Origin: Candidatus Limnocylindrales bacterium
GTDB lineage: Bacteria; Chloroflexota; Limnocylindria; Limnocylindrales; CSP1-4
DNA length: 64,000 bases
Assembly (NCBI GenBank): GCA_036003325.1
Contig: DASYSM010000036.1
Coordinates: forward strand, 1,941 to 65,940
Direction: 5' to 3'
Shown here: positions 13,375-21,866 of the stretch, piece by piece
Layout: each line of letters begins with the position of its first letter
Position numbering within the stretch: position 1 is the stretch's first letter
Position numbers and translations under genes: made by a program
The notes under the pieces: generated by a model
What the model was told of the DNA's origin: nothing
Databases searched by the model: none
Seen by the model: the letters and a program-made list of their open reading frames with translations, nothing else

Positions 13375-16300
13375 TCATACGATACGGCTCGGCGGCGTCC
13401 CGGCCACGCGTCGATCGGCTGCGGCGGCGCCGGTCGCGCTCAGCGCGATGGGTCCGACGGGCTCTGCAGCCGGGGCGGGCCCGGGACCGTCCTGCGTGGT
13501 GAGCCGCTCGAGGAACGGCCGGGCGCGAAGGCGCTCGAAGATCTGGATCGATCGGCCGATCGCCGCCGCGACGTCTGGTTCGGCGCGGTCGAGGACGGTC
13601 GCCATCTCGAGACCGGTCATCGCCTCGTCCCAGTCGAGGCCGAGCTCCCGCCAGCGCTCGAGGACGTCCTGATAGCCGGCACGAGCGTCCGCGGTCTGGC
13701 CCGACAGAGCCGCCAGCCCCGCGCGCATCGCGGCCCGTTCGACCGAGATCGCCTGCCCATGCACCCGCAGACCGTCGTGCTGGTCGAGGACACGTCGCAG
13801 CGCAGGACCGTCACAGCGCAGCACGGACACCCGACCCGCCAGGAACAGGTGCGCAGTCCCGCCGAGCCGATCGAGGGACAGGAGCTCGAGACACCGTTGT
13901 TCGATGTCGTCCCACCGTCCGGCGGCGAAGTCGGCCTGAAGTCGTGGCGTGAGCTTCCCGACGCCGATCTGGCGGTCGGCGTTCCCCTCGAGCGCTCCCT
14001 CGTGCGCGCTGATCTCCGCTTCGGTCGCCTCGCCGCGCAGAGCGCGGATGGTCAGCAGCACGCTCGTGAGGGCCGATCGATCCTCGAGCTCGAGCTCTGT
14101 CGCAAGGATCCCCTCGACCACGCCGACGGCCCAGTCCCACTCGCCCACCCGGACCGCCGAGTCCGCCGCATTCTGGTGGAGGGTGGCCTGCAGTGGCCTG
14201 ATCCCGAGCCGTTGAGCATCGTCGAACCCGGCCTTCGCGGTGGCCATGGCCTGCCGTGGATCACGCAGGGCGAGGAGATAGGTGAGGTTGACCCGGCCAC
14301 GCAGCGAGATCGCCGGCCAGCCCTGGCGCTCCGCGATGTCGATCCCGGCCTGGATCGCGCCCCTGCCCTCGAGGACCCGGCCGATCTCGGCCAGCGCGGT
14401 CCCCTTGGTGATCAGCGTGTCGGCTGTGAGGGCCACCAGGTCTTCCCGTTCGGAGCTCGGGAGGACCTGGTCGGCCACCTCGATCGCCTCGACCGAATCG
14501 CCGTGGAAGAAGTAGGCACGGGCGAGCTGTGCGCGGAGGGCGATCCCGGGCGGGGATTCGGCCAGGTCCTGGAATTCGACCGCCCCGGGTGCCAGGACCG
14601 CGAGGGCCTGCTCGCTTCGGAACGATTCGAGCATCGCCCGACCGAGCGCTGCGGTCGCGGCGGCCTCTCCCGTGCGATCCCCCGCCTCGCGCTTCCGGGC
14701 GATCGCATCTCGGAGCAGCTCCTGCGCTCGCGTATGCCGACCGGCCGCCCAGGCGGCCTCACCGGTGCGGATGAGGAGGTCGGCCTGCTCGCCCGGATCG
14801 GCGGTCACCAGCAAGGCCTGGTCCAGGAACGTCACCGCCTGCTCGTGGGAGCCGAGCGCGGCCGCCCGTTCCGCGGCAGCTCGCAGGGCGATCCGGGCCT
14901 GGGCGCCGACGGCATCCGCCTCCGGGCCCGCCGAGGACGACTCGAACGCGGCCAGGTAGTGGGCCGCGAGGGCTCCCACGAGCTCGTCGTCGCCGAGCGC
15001 CTCGAAGAAACGGGCGGCGGCCAGGTGACGGTCGCGGCGGTCGCGCTTGGCCAGCGTCGAATAGGCGACCTCGCGGACGAGCGCCTGGACGAAGCTGTAC
15101 TGACCACGTTCCGGCGACCGCGGGTCGCCCTGCAGGACGAGGATCTCGCGCCGGACGAGGCCGCGAAGGTGCGAGTCGAGCTCGGCTGGATCGGTCGCCG
15201 CGACCGCGGCGAGGCCCGACGGCGTGAAGCTCTGGCCGAGCACCGCCGCGTCCTGGAGCAGGGCTCGGTCGTTCGGGTCGAGCGCGTCGAGTCGAGCCGA
15301 GATGAGGGCATGCAGCGACTCGGGGACGGCCAGCTGGGCCAGGTCGCCGACGGGGACGTACCGCCCATCACGTTCTGCGAGCCGGTCGTCGGCGACGAGC
15401 ATCCGGACCGTCTCGACGGCATACAGTGGGATCCCGTCGGCACGCCGGATGATCGCCTCGGCGGCGCTGTCCGGCAGGCCGGCGACCAGCCCGTCGAGCA
15501 TCTCCCCCACCGATGCGTCCGAGAGTGGGTCGAGGTGCAGCGCGACGAAGTTCCGGCGGCCGGCGCCCCACGCCGGGCGGCGGTCGAGCAGCTCCGGCCG
15601 GGCGAGGGTGACGATCAGGATCGGGGCGGCGGTCGACCACTCGAGCATGTGGTCGATGAAGTCGAGGAGGCCCGGGTCGGCCCAATGGAGGTCCTCGAAG
15701 AGCAGGACCGCGGTCTCGGTGGTGGCGAGCCGCTCGAAGTAGGTCCGCCAGGCGGCGAACAGGCTCTCGCGACCGCCGGGCGGAGCGGGGTCGACCGCGA
15801 GCAGGGCCAGCAGCGCGGCCTCCACCCAGCGGCGCTCCCCATCGTCGGACACCAGGGTGGCGACCGACTCGGCGATCTTCTGCCGGGTGGTCTGTTCGTC
15901 ATCGGTCGCCAGCAGACCGGCTCGACCCCGGACCATCTCGCCGAGGGCCCAGAACGTGACGCCGTCGCCGTACGCCGGCGACCGGCCGACGTTCCAGTAG
16001 ACCTCGTCGACCAGGCCGTCGAGATACTTCTCGAACTCCCATGCGAGGCGACTCTTGCCGACGCCGGCCTGGCCGGTCAGCGACACGAGGTGGATCCGTC
16101 GCTCGCGAGCGGTCGCGAGGTGGAGGTCCTTGAGCAGGCGCAGCTCGGTGTCGCGGCCGGTGAACGGCGCCTCGAGCGTCTCGCTCCGCTTGCGGCCGCC
16201 GCGTTCGGCGACCACCCGCATGGCGCGGTAGGCGGGGACCGGGCTCGCCTTGCCCTTGAGCAGCTGCTCGCCCGCCGGCTCGAAGGCGATCGCCTTCGAC

Positions 16301-16956
16301 GCCGTCCGTTCGGTGGCCTCGTCGACGAGGACGGCCCCCGGCGGTGCGACCGATTGGAGGCGGCTGGCGGTGTTGACCAGGTCGCCGGCGACCATCCCCT
16401 GGTCGGTCGCGCCGAGGGTGACCGCCGCCTCACCGGTCAGCACGCCCGCTCGTGCGCGGAGCGATGGCTCGAGCCCGGGCACCCGGTCGACGAGCTCGAG
16501 CGCCGCTCGCACGGCGCGCTCCGCATCGTCCTCGTGCGCCGTCGGCGCGCCCCAGACCGCCATGACCGCATCGCCGATGAACTTCTCGATGGTCCCGCCA
16601 TAGCGGGCGACGATGTCCCGGGCGATCTCGAAATAGCGGGTCAGGAGGTCGCGGGCCTGTTCGGGATCCCAGCCGTCGGCCAAGGTCGTGTACCCGACCA
16701 GGTCGACGAACAGCACCGACACGTGGCGACGCTCGGCTTGAGCCACGGTCGGCTGGATCTGGACGGGTCGGATGGACGGGGCAGCGCTCGCGCCGTCGCC
16801 GGCCGTGTCGAGGGGCGTCCCGCAATCACCGCAGAACCGGGCCGTCGGCCGGTTCGACGCTCCGCACATGCGGCAGGCGGCCGCGAGCGCGGCGCCACAG
16901 GTGTCGCAGAAGCGGCGCCCGGCATCGTTCTCGGTGCCACAGGCCGAACAGACCAT
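13375..16956 (-). CDS. Double zinc-ribbon / class III adenylate-guanylate cyclase / AAA(STAND) ATPase / TPR multidomain regulator
   Basis: 1193 aa. Two N-terminal CxxC..CxxC ribbons come first. The cyclase domain keeps both metal Asp residues (VLFVDLVGYT, KFIGDAVMAVWG) and the NTASR motif. Walker A is GQAGVGKS. A long helical-repeat C-terminus follows, with no LuxR HTH. Confidence 0.85.
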   Translation of the reverse strand: MVCSACGTENDAGRRFCDTCGAALAAACRMCGASNRPTARFCGDCGTPLDTAGDGASAAPSIRPVQIQPTVAQAERRHVSVLFVDLVGYTTLADGWDPEQARDLLTRYFEIARDIVARYGGTIEKFIGDAVMAVWGAPTAHEDDAERAVRAALELVDRVPGLEPSLRARAGVLTGEAAVTLGATDQGMVAGDLVNTASRLQSVAPPGAVLVDEATERTASKAIAFEPAGEQLLKGKASPVPAYRAMRVVAERGGRKRSETLEAPFTGRDTELRLLKDLHLATARERRIHLVSLTGQAGVGKSRLAWEFEKYLDGLVDEVYWNVGRSPAYGDGVTFWALGEMVRGRAGLLATDDEQTTRQKIAESVATLVSDDGERRWVEAALLALLAVDPAPPGGRESLFAAWRTYFERLATTETAVLLFEDLHWADPGLLDFIDHMLEWSTAAPILIVTLARPELLDRRPAWGAGRRNFVALHLDPLSDASVGEMLDGLVAGLPDSAAEAIIRRADGIPLYAVETVRMLVADDRLAERDGRYVPVGDLAQLAVPESLHALISARLDALDPNDRALLQDAAVLGQSFTPSGLAAVAATDPAELDSHLRGLVRREILVLQGDPRSPERGQYSFVQALVREVAYSTLAKRDRRDRHLAAARFFEALGDDELVGALAAHYLAAFESSSAGPEADAVGAQARIALRAAAERAAALGSHEQAVTFLDQALLVTADPGEQADLLIRTGEAAWAAGRHTRAQELLRDAIARKREAGDRTGEAAATAALGRAMLESFRSEQALAVLAPGAVEFQDLAESPPGIALRAQLARAYFFHGDSVEAIEVADQVLPSSEREDLVALTADTLITKGTALAEIGRVLEGRGAIQAGIDIAERQGWPAISLRGRVNLTYLLALRDPRQAMATAKAGFDDAQRLGIRPLQATLHQNAADSAVRVGEWDWAVGVVEGILATELELEDRSALTSVLLTIRALRGEATEAEISAHEGALEGNADRQIGVGKLTPRLQADFAAGRWDDIEQRCLELLSLDRLGGTAHLFLAGRVSVLRCDGPALRRVLDQHDGLRVHGQAISVERAAMRAGLAALSGQTADARAGYQDVLERWRELGLDWDEAMTGLEMATVLDRAEPDVAAAIGRSIQIFERLRARPFLERLTTQDGPGPAPAAEPVGPIALSATGAAAADRRVAGTPPSRIV

Positions 16957-17020
16957 CCGAACCTCACGCAGGTGTCGCGAGGGTACCCGATACGCGACGC
17001 TCAGGCCATGCTGCCGACGC

Positions 17021-19258
17021 TCAGTGGCGGAAGTGCCGGACGCCGGTCATGACCATCGTGGCGCCGGCGGCGTCGACGGCCGCCACCGCGTCGGCGTCGT
17101 GGACCGAGCCCCCCGGCTGGGCGAAGGCCGTGACGCCGGCGGCGAGGCAGACCTCGACCGCGTCGGGGAACGGGAAGAACGCGTCGGAGCCGCACGCCGC
17201 ACCCGCGGTCGCATCGGCTCCGAGCATCGCGTGGGCCTTGGCGACGGCCTGCCGGGCCGCGTCCACGCGCGAGGTCTGGCCACTCCCCATCCCGACCAGC
17301 CGGCCCTCGTGGACGAGGACGATCGCGTTCGAGGTCACGCCGCGGACCAGCCGCCAGGCCAGGTCGAGGTCGCGCCACTCGGGTTCGGTCGGACCGCGGC
17401 GGGTCGGGCAGGACCAGCCGGTCGGGTCGTCGGGCGCGATGTCGGGCGTCGTGACGAGGACCGCGCCACCCGCGGTCCGGATGGAGCCGGTCGGATCGGC
17501 CGGGGTGGTCGGTGCCCCGTCAGCGGCGAGCGCCTCGTCGAGCACGACCCGCAGGTTGGGCTTCGTCGCCAGGATGTCGAGCGCAGCGGCATCGAATGCG
17601 GGCGCGACCACGATCTCGAGGAAGATCGAGACCAGCTTCTCGGCGACCGCGGCGTCGACCGGCCGGGTCAGCGCGACGACCCCACCGAAGGCGCTCACCG
17701 GATCGGCCTCGAGGGCGGCCTCCCAGGCCTCGACCAGCGTCGACCGCTCGGCGGCGCCGCATGGGTTGGTGTGCTTGACGATGACGACCCCGGGGCCGCG
17801 CAGGGCGCGCCCGAGCGCCGATGCCGCCGCGGCGTCGAGGACGTTGTTGTACGAGAGCGACTTGCCCTGGAGCGGACCGCGCGCGACGCCGAACGGCCCG
17901 TCCGCGAGCGTCGCCCCGGGCCGGCGGTAGCGGGCCGCCGGCTGGTGCGGGTTCTCGCCGTAGCGCAGGGTCTCGACCTTCTCCAGACCGATCGTCATCG
18001 TCGCCGGGTACGGGTCGCCGGGCGGGTCGAGCAGCCCGGCGGCGACCATCCGCCCGGGCAGCGCGGCGACGATCCGGGCGTCGTAGGCGGCCGTGTGCGC
18101 GAACGCCTCGAGCGCGAGGGCGCGTCGCCGCCGCTCATCGAGACCGCCCTCGCCGTCGAGCGCTCCGAGCACCTCGCCGTAGCGGGACGGCGACGTCACG
18201 ATCGCGACGGAGGCGTGGTTCTTGGCCGCCGCCCGGACCATCGATGGTCCGCCGATGTCGATCTCCTCGACGAGCTCGTCGACGGTGATGCCGGGCCGCT
18301 CCAGCGCATCGGAGAACGGGTAGAGGTTGCAGACGACGAGCTCGAACGGCGCGATCGCCGCGGCCAGCAGCTGGTGTCGGTGCTCGCGCAGGCGGCGGTC
18401 GGCCAGGAGCCCGGCGTGGATCCGCGGATGGAGCGTCTTGACCCGCCCGTCGAGCATCTCCGGCGACCCGGTCACCGCAGCCACGTCGGTCACGGGCAGC
18501 CCGGCGTCGCGCAGCGTCCGGGCCGTACGCCCGGTCGACACGAGCTCGAACCCGCGTGCGACGAGACCGCGACCGAGCTCGACGATGCCGGTCTTGTCGG
18601 ACACCGACAGCAGCGCCCGCCGCGGGACCGGGACGTGGCCGTCCGCGCGGTCCAGGTCGACGGTCACGTGGCGGCCGTCCACGGTGAGGGCACCGGCGAG
18701 GAGCAGGGTCACCGCGCGGGGCAGCAGCCGGTGCTCGACGGCTCGGATCCGGTCGTGGAGCGACGCCACGTCGTCCCCGGGCAGGACCTGCACCGCCTCC
18801 TGGGCGACGATCGGGCCGCCATCGAGCGTCGCGTCGACGAGATGGACCGTGCAGCCGGTCACCGTCACCCCGTGGGTGAGTGCGTCGGCGACCGCGTCGG
18901 CTCCCGGGAACGCGGGCAGCAGCGATGGGTGGGTGTTGAGGATCCTGCCGTGGAACGCGCCGAGGACCGCTGGGCCGACGATCCGCATGTAGCCGGCCAG
19001 GACCACCACATCCGCGCCGACGGCCCCGAGCGTGGCCGCGAGCGTGACGTCGTCGCCGCCCGGGATGAGCGCGGTCTCGATCCCCTGCTCCGCGGCCCAG
19101 TCGAGCGCTTGGCAGGCGCGGTCGGCGAAGACGAGGACGATCCGGCCGCCGATCTCCCCGCGGTCGGCCGCGGCGGCGAGCGCCCGCAGGTTCGAGCCGG
19201 CGCCCGACACGCCGACGGCGATCCGCCAGCCCGCGCCGGTCTCGCCGGGTCCGGTCAC
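17021..19258 (-). CDS. purH: Fusion protein: phosphoribosylglycinamide formyltransferase (PurN) + AICAR transformylase/IMP cyclohydrolase (PurH)
   Basis: Single uninterrupted 745-aa frame. Residues 1 to ~200 are PurN (RIAVGVSGAGSNL, NTHPSLLP, HLVDATLDGGPI). The rest is PurH (ALLSVSDKTG, GRVKTLHP, C-terminal RHFRH). The GTG start at 19258 overlaps the purM stop as GTGA. Confidence 0.85.
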   Translation of the reverse strand: MTGPGETGAGWRIAVGVSGAGSNLRALAAAADRGEIGGRIVLVFADRACQALDWAAEQGIETALIPGGDDVTLAATLGAVGADVVVLAGYMRIVGPAVLGAFHGRILNTHPSLLPAFPGADAVADALTHGVTVTGCTVHLVDATLDGGPIVAQEAVQVLPGDDVASLHDRIRAVEHRLLPRAVTLLLAGALTVDGRHVTVDLDRADGHVPVPRRALLSVSDKTGIVELGRGLVARGFELVSTGRTARTLRDAGLPVTDVAAVTGSPEMLDGRVKTLHPRIHAGLLADRRLREHRHQLLAAAIAPFELVVCNLYPFSDALERPGITVDELVEEIDIGGPSMVRAAAKNHASVAIVTSPSRYGEVLGALDGEGGLDERRRRALALEAFAHTAAYDARIVAALPGRMVAAGLLDPPGDPYPATMTIGLEKVETLRYGENPHQPAARYRRPGATLADGPFGVARGPLQGKSLSYNNVLDAAAASALGRALRGPGVVIVKHTNPCGAAERSTLVEAWEAALEADPVSAFGGVVALTRPVDAAVAEKLVSIFLEIVVAPAFDAAALDILATKPNLRVVLDEALAADGAPTTPADPTGSIRTAGGAVLVTTPDIAPDDPTGWSCPTRRGPTEPEWRDLDLAWRLVRGVTSNAIVLVHEGRLVGMGSGQTSRVDAARQAVAKAHAMLGADATAGAACGSDAFFPFPDAVEVCLAAGVTAFAQPGGSVHDADAVAAVDAAGATMVMTGVRHFRH

Positions 19259-20409
19259 GCCCGGCCTCCGAGGCTCGCCTCGACATAGCGCGAGCCGTCG
19301 ACATCGGCGGCGTCCACCACCTCGCCGACCACCGTGGCCGGGATCCCGAACGCCTCGATGGCCTTGACCGCCGCGGGCACGGCCGCCGATGGCAGGACGG
19401 CGACCATCCCGAGACCGCCGTTGAACGTCGCCCGGACCTCTTCGTCGTCGAGCCCGCCGAGGGCTCCGAACACGCGCTGGACCGACGGCATCGACCAGCG
19501 GCTCGGGTCGAGACGCGCGGCGAGGCCGTCGGGCAGGACGCGCGGCACGTTTCCGGGCAGGCCGCCGCCGGTGATGTGGGCGAGGCCGTGCAGGTCGGCG
19601 CCGGTGGCGCGGACCGCGGCCCGGGCGGCGAGGACGGCTCGGGCGTAGATACGGGTCGGCGTCAGCAGCACGTCGCCGAGGGTCGCCATCGCCTCGTGCG
19701 GAGCGACCGCGAGGGCGGCGTCGGCCTCGGCGTCACCGAGCGTCCGCCGGAGCCGGACCTGGTACGGCTCCGTCAGGTCGAGGTCCCACTGTGCCACCAA
19801 CGCCCGGACGAGCGAGAAGCCATTGGAGTGCAGGCCGGACGCCGCCAGGCCCAGGATGACGTCGCCGACGCGGACCGCGGACCCGTCGATGACGTCGCCA
19901 CGGTCGACGACACCGAGACAGCAGCCGGAGACGTCGAACTCGTCCTCGTCCATCAGCCCGGGGTGCTCCGCTGTCTCCCCGCCGATGAGGGCGCAGCCCG
20001 CGTCGCGGCAGCCGGCCGCGACCGAGCCGACCAGCTCGGCCACCCATTCGGGGACGACATGGCCGACCGCGATGTAGTCGAGGAACGCGAGCGGTTCGGC
20101 GCCGCAGCAGACGACGTCGTCGACGCACATCGCGACGAGGTCGACGCCGATGGTGTCGTAACGCTCGAGCGCGCGCGCGATCGCCGTCTTCGTCCCGACA
20201 CCGTCGGTCGAGGCGACGAGCAGCGGCTCGCGATAGCCGGCCGGGATGGAGATCGCGCCGCCGAAGCCGCCCAGGCCCCCGACGACCTCGGGCCGTCGGG
20301 TCGACTCGACGTGAGCGCGCATCAGGTCCACGGCCTGCTCGCCGGCGGCGACGTCGACCCCGGACGTCAGGTAGGCCGTGCGGTCGGAGGTGCCCTTCGA
20401 CCCGGCCAT
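19255..20409 (-). CDS. purM: Phosphoribosylformylglycinamidine cyclo-ligase (AIR synthetase)
   Basis: The 668-aa track ORF was trimmed to the ATG at 20409, which overlaps the purF stop as ATGA. The sequence includes VASTDGVGTK, GGETAEHPG and HITGGG. Confidence 0.92.
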   Translation of the reverse strand: MAGSKGTSDRTAYLTSGVDVAAGEQAVDLMRAHVESTRRPEVVGGLGGFGGAISIPAGYREPLLVASTDGVGTKTAIARALERYDTIGVDLVAMCVDDVVCCGAEPLAFLDYIAVGHVVPEWVAELVGSVAAGCRDAGCALIGGETAEHPGLMDEDEFDVSGCCLGVVDRGDVIDGSAVRVGDVILGLAASGLHSNGFSLVRALVAQWDLDLTEPYQVRLRRTLGDAEADAALAVAPHEAMATLGDVLLTPTRIYARAVLAARAAVRATGADLHGLAHITGGGLPGNVPRVLPDGLAARLDPSRWSMPSVQRVFGALGGLDDEEVRATFNGGLGMVAVLPSAAVPAAVKAIEAFGIPATVVGEVVDAADVDGSRYVEASLGGRA

Positions 20410-21863
20410 CAGCGGATCACTGCCTCCTCGAGCACGAACTTGCGGCTCGCGGCGTCGTACGGCACGGGCTCCGGGTAGTGCCCGTCGAAGCAGGCGAAGC
20501 AGAACCGCTCGTACGGCAGGTCGAGGGCCGCCAGCACCCCGCGGATCGACAGATAGCCGAGCGAATCGGCACCGATGAACGCGCGGATCTCCGGCTCGCT
20601 GTGCGTCGCCGCGATGAGCTCGGTCTCGATCTGCGTGTCGATGCCGTAGAAGCACGGGTGGTAGATCGGCGGGGCGCTGATCCGGACGTGGACCGCGGTC
20701 GCGCCGGCCTTGCGCAGCAGCTCGACGATGCGTGCCGTGGTCGTGCCCCGCACGATCGAATCGTCGACGACGATCAGCCGCTTGCCGTTGACCACTTCGC
20801 GCAACGGGTTGAGCTTGACGGTGACCCCGCGGTGGCGGAGGCCGGCCGACGGCTGGATGAACGTCCGGCCGGCATAGCGGTTGCGGTACATCCCCTCGCG
20901 GTACGGCAGCCCGGACGCCTCGGCGTAGCCGGCCGCCGCGGGGGCGCCGGTGTCGGGGACGGGCATGACCAGGTCGGCGTCGACGGGATGCTCCAGCGCG
21001 AGCTGGACGCCCATCCGGCGGCGCGCCTCGTACAGGTTCCGCCCCTCCATGTACGAGTCCGGCCGGGCGAAGTAGATCAGCTCGAACACGCACAGCGCGG
21101 GCGTCGCCGCCGCGAACCGCACCGACCGCGGCGCCTGGCCCCGCTCGAGGATGACCATCTCGCCGGGCTGGACGTCGCGGACGTACTCGGCGCCGACGAT
21201 GTCGAGCGCGGCCGTCTCGGACGACAGGCACCAGCCGGCGTCGGCATCGTCGCCGCGCCACAGACCGTCATCGGCGCCGCCATCGCTCGCCCGGGGCAGC
21301 CGGCCGAGGACGAGCGGCCGGAAGCCGAACGGGTCGCGCACCCCGATGACCCGGCGCTCGTCGAGGATCACGAGGCTGTACGCGCCGCGGACACGCGGCA
21401 GGACCCGTTCCAACGCCTCGACCGTGTCGGCCGCCGGCTCGTCGGCGAGCAGCGCGGTCAGGAGCTCCGTGTCGGTCGAGGCGGGGAGCCGTGCGCGACC
21501 GCCGCTGAGCTGGTCGAGCAGCTCGCGGGTGTTGACGAGGTTGCCGTTGTGACCGATCGCCAGGGCTCGCCGTGGACCGAGGCGGTAGGTGGGCTGGGCG
21601 TTCTCCCAGATGGTCGAGCCGGTCGTCGAGTAGCGGCAGTGGGCGATCGCCAGCTGGCCACGCAGGCTGGGCAGCCGCCGCTCATCGAGGACCGAGCTGA
21701 TCATGCCCAGGTCCTTGTAGAGCATCAGCTGCTCGCCATCGCTCACTGCCAGACCGGCCGACTCCTGGCCGCGGTGCTGGAGAGCGAACAGGCCGAGCGC
21801 GGCGATCGAGGCCGCCTCGTTGGGCTCGCCACCCGGCAGCACGACCCCGAACACGCCGCACAT
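20409..21863 (-). CDS. purF: Amidophosphoribosyltransferase
   Basis: 484 aa, beginning MCGVFGV (N-terminal nucleophile Cys). Also has LQHRGQESAG and a PRTase motif (VVDDSIVRGTT). Confidence 0.95.
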   Translation of the reverse strand: MCGVFGVVLPGGEPNEAASIAALGLFALQHRGQESAGLAVSDGEQLMLYKDLGMISSVLDERRLPSLRGQLAIAHCRYSTTGSTIWENAQPTYRLGPRRALAIGHNGNLVNTRELLDQLSGGRARLPASTDTELLTALLADEPAADTVEALERVLPRVRGAYSLVILDERRVIGVRDPFGFRPLVLGRLPRASDGGADDGLWRGDDADAGWCLSSETAALDIVGAEYVRDVQPGEMVILERGQAPRSVRFAAATPALCVFELIYFARPDSYMEGRNLYEARRRMGVQLALEHPVDADLVMPVPDTGAPAAAGYAEASGLPYREGMYRNRYAGRTFIQPSAGLRHRGVTVKLNPLREVVNGKRLIVVDDSIVRGTTTARIVELLRKAGATAVHVRISAPPIYHPCFYGIDTQIETELIAATHSEPEIRAFIGADSLGYLSIRGVLAALDLPYERFCFACFDGHYPEPVPYDAASRKFVLEEAVIR

Positions 21864-21866
21864 CGG

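Noticed and set aside
10804-17052. A 2082-aa stop-free ORF on the plus strand. Similar giants occur at 1217..4984, 6430..8577, 20478..23561, 32878..35340, 37564..39690, 43192..45675 and 58495..61149.
   Set aside because: These are shadow ORFs. Each one I checked is in exact codon register, antisense to a well-supported gene. For example, 10804 is 1 mod 3, the same as the lowest base of the metG, DUF1269 and cyclase codons, and those three genes happen to share phase. Antisense stops need sense TTA, CTA or TCA codons, which are nearly absent at this GC3. The products are Arg/Gly/Asp/Val-rich with no motifs.
19255-21261. Over-long minus-strand track ORFs that prepend hundreds of Arg/Pro/Gly-rich residues to real genes. 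They are 19255..21261, 24188..25732, 27447..30101, 28823..30688, 34611..36554, 35522..36850, 40647..42728, 43903..46104, 45765..47540, 50181..52097 and 3794..5113.
   Set aside because: In each case the recognisable protein begins at an internal ATG or GTG. That start either overlaps the upstream gene stop by 4 nt (ATGA or GTGA) or follows a good SD. The upstream extension merely reads through the neighbouring gene in another frame.
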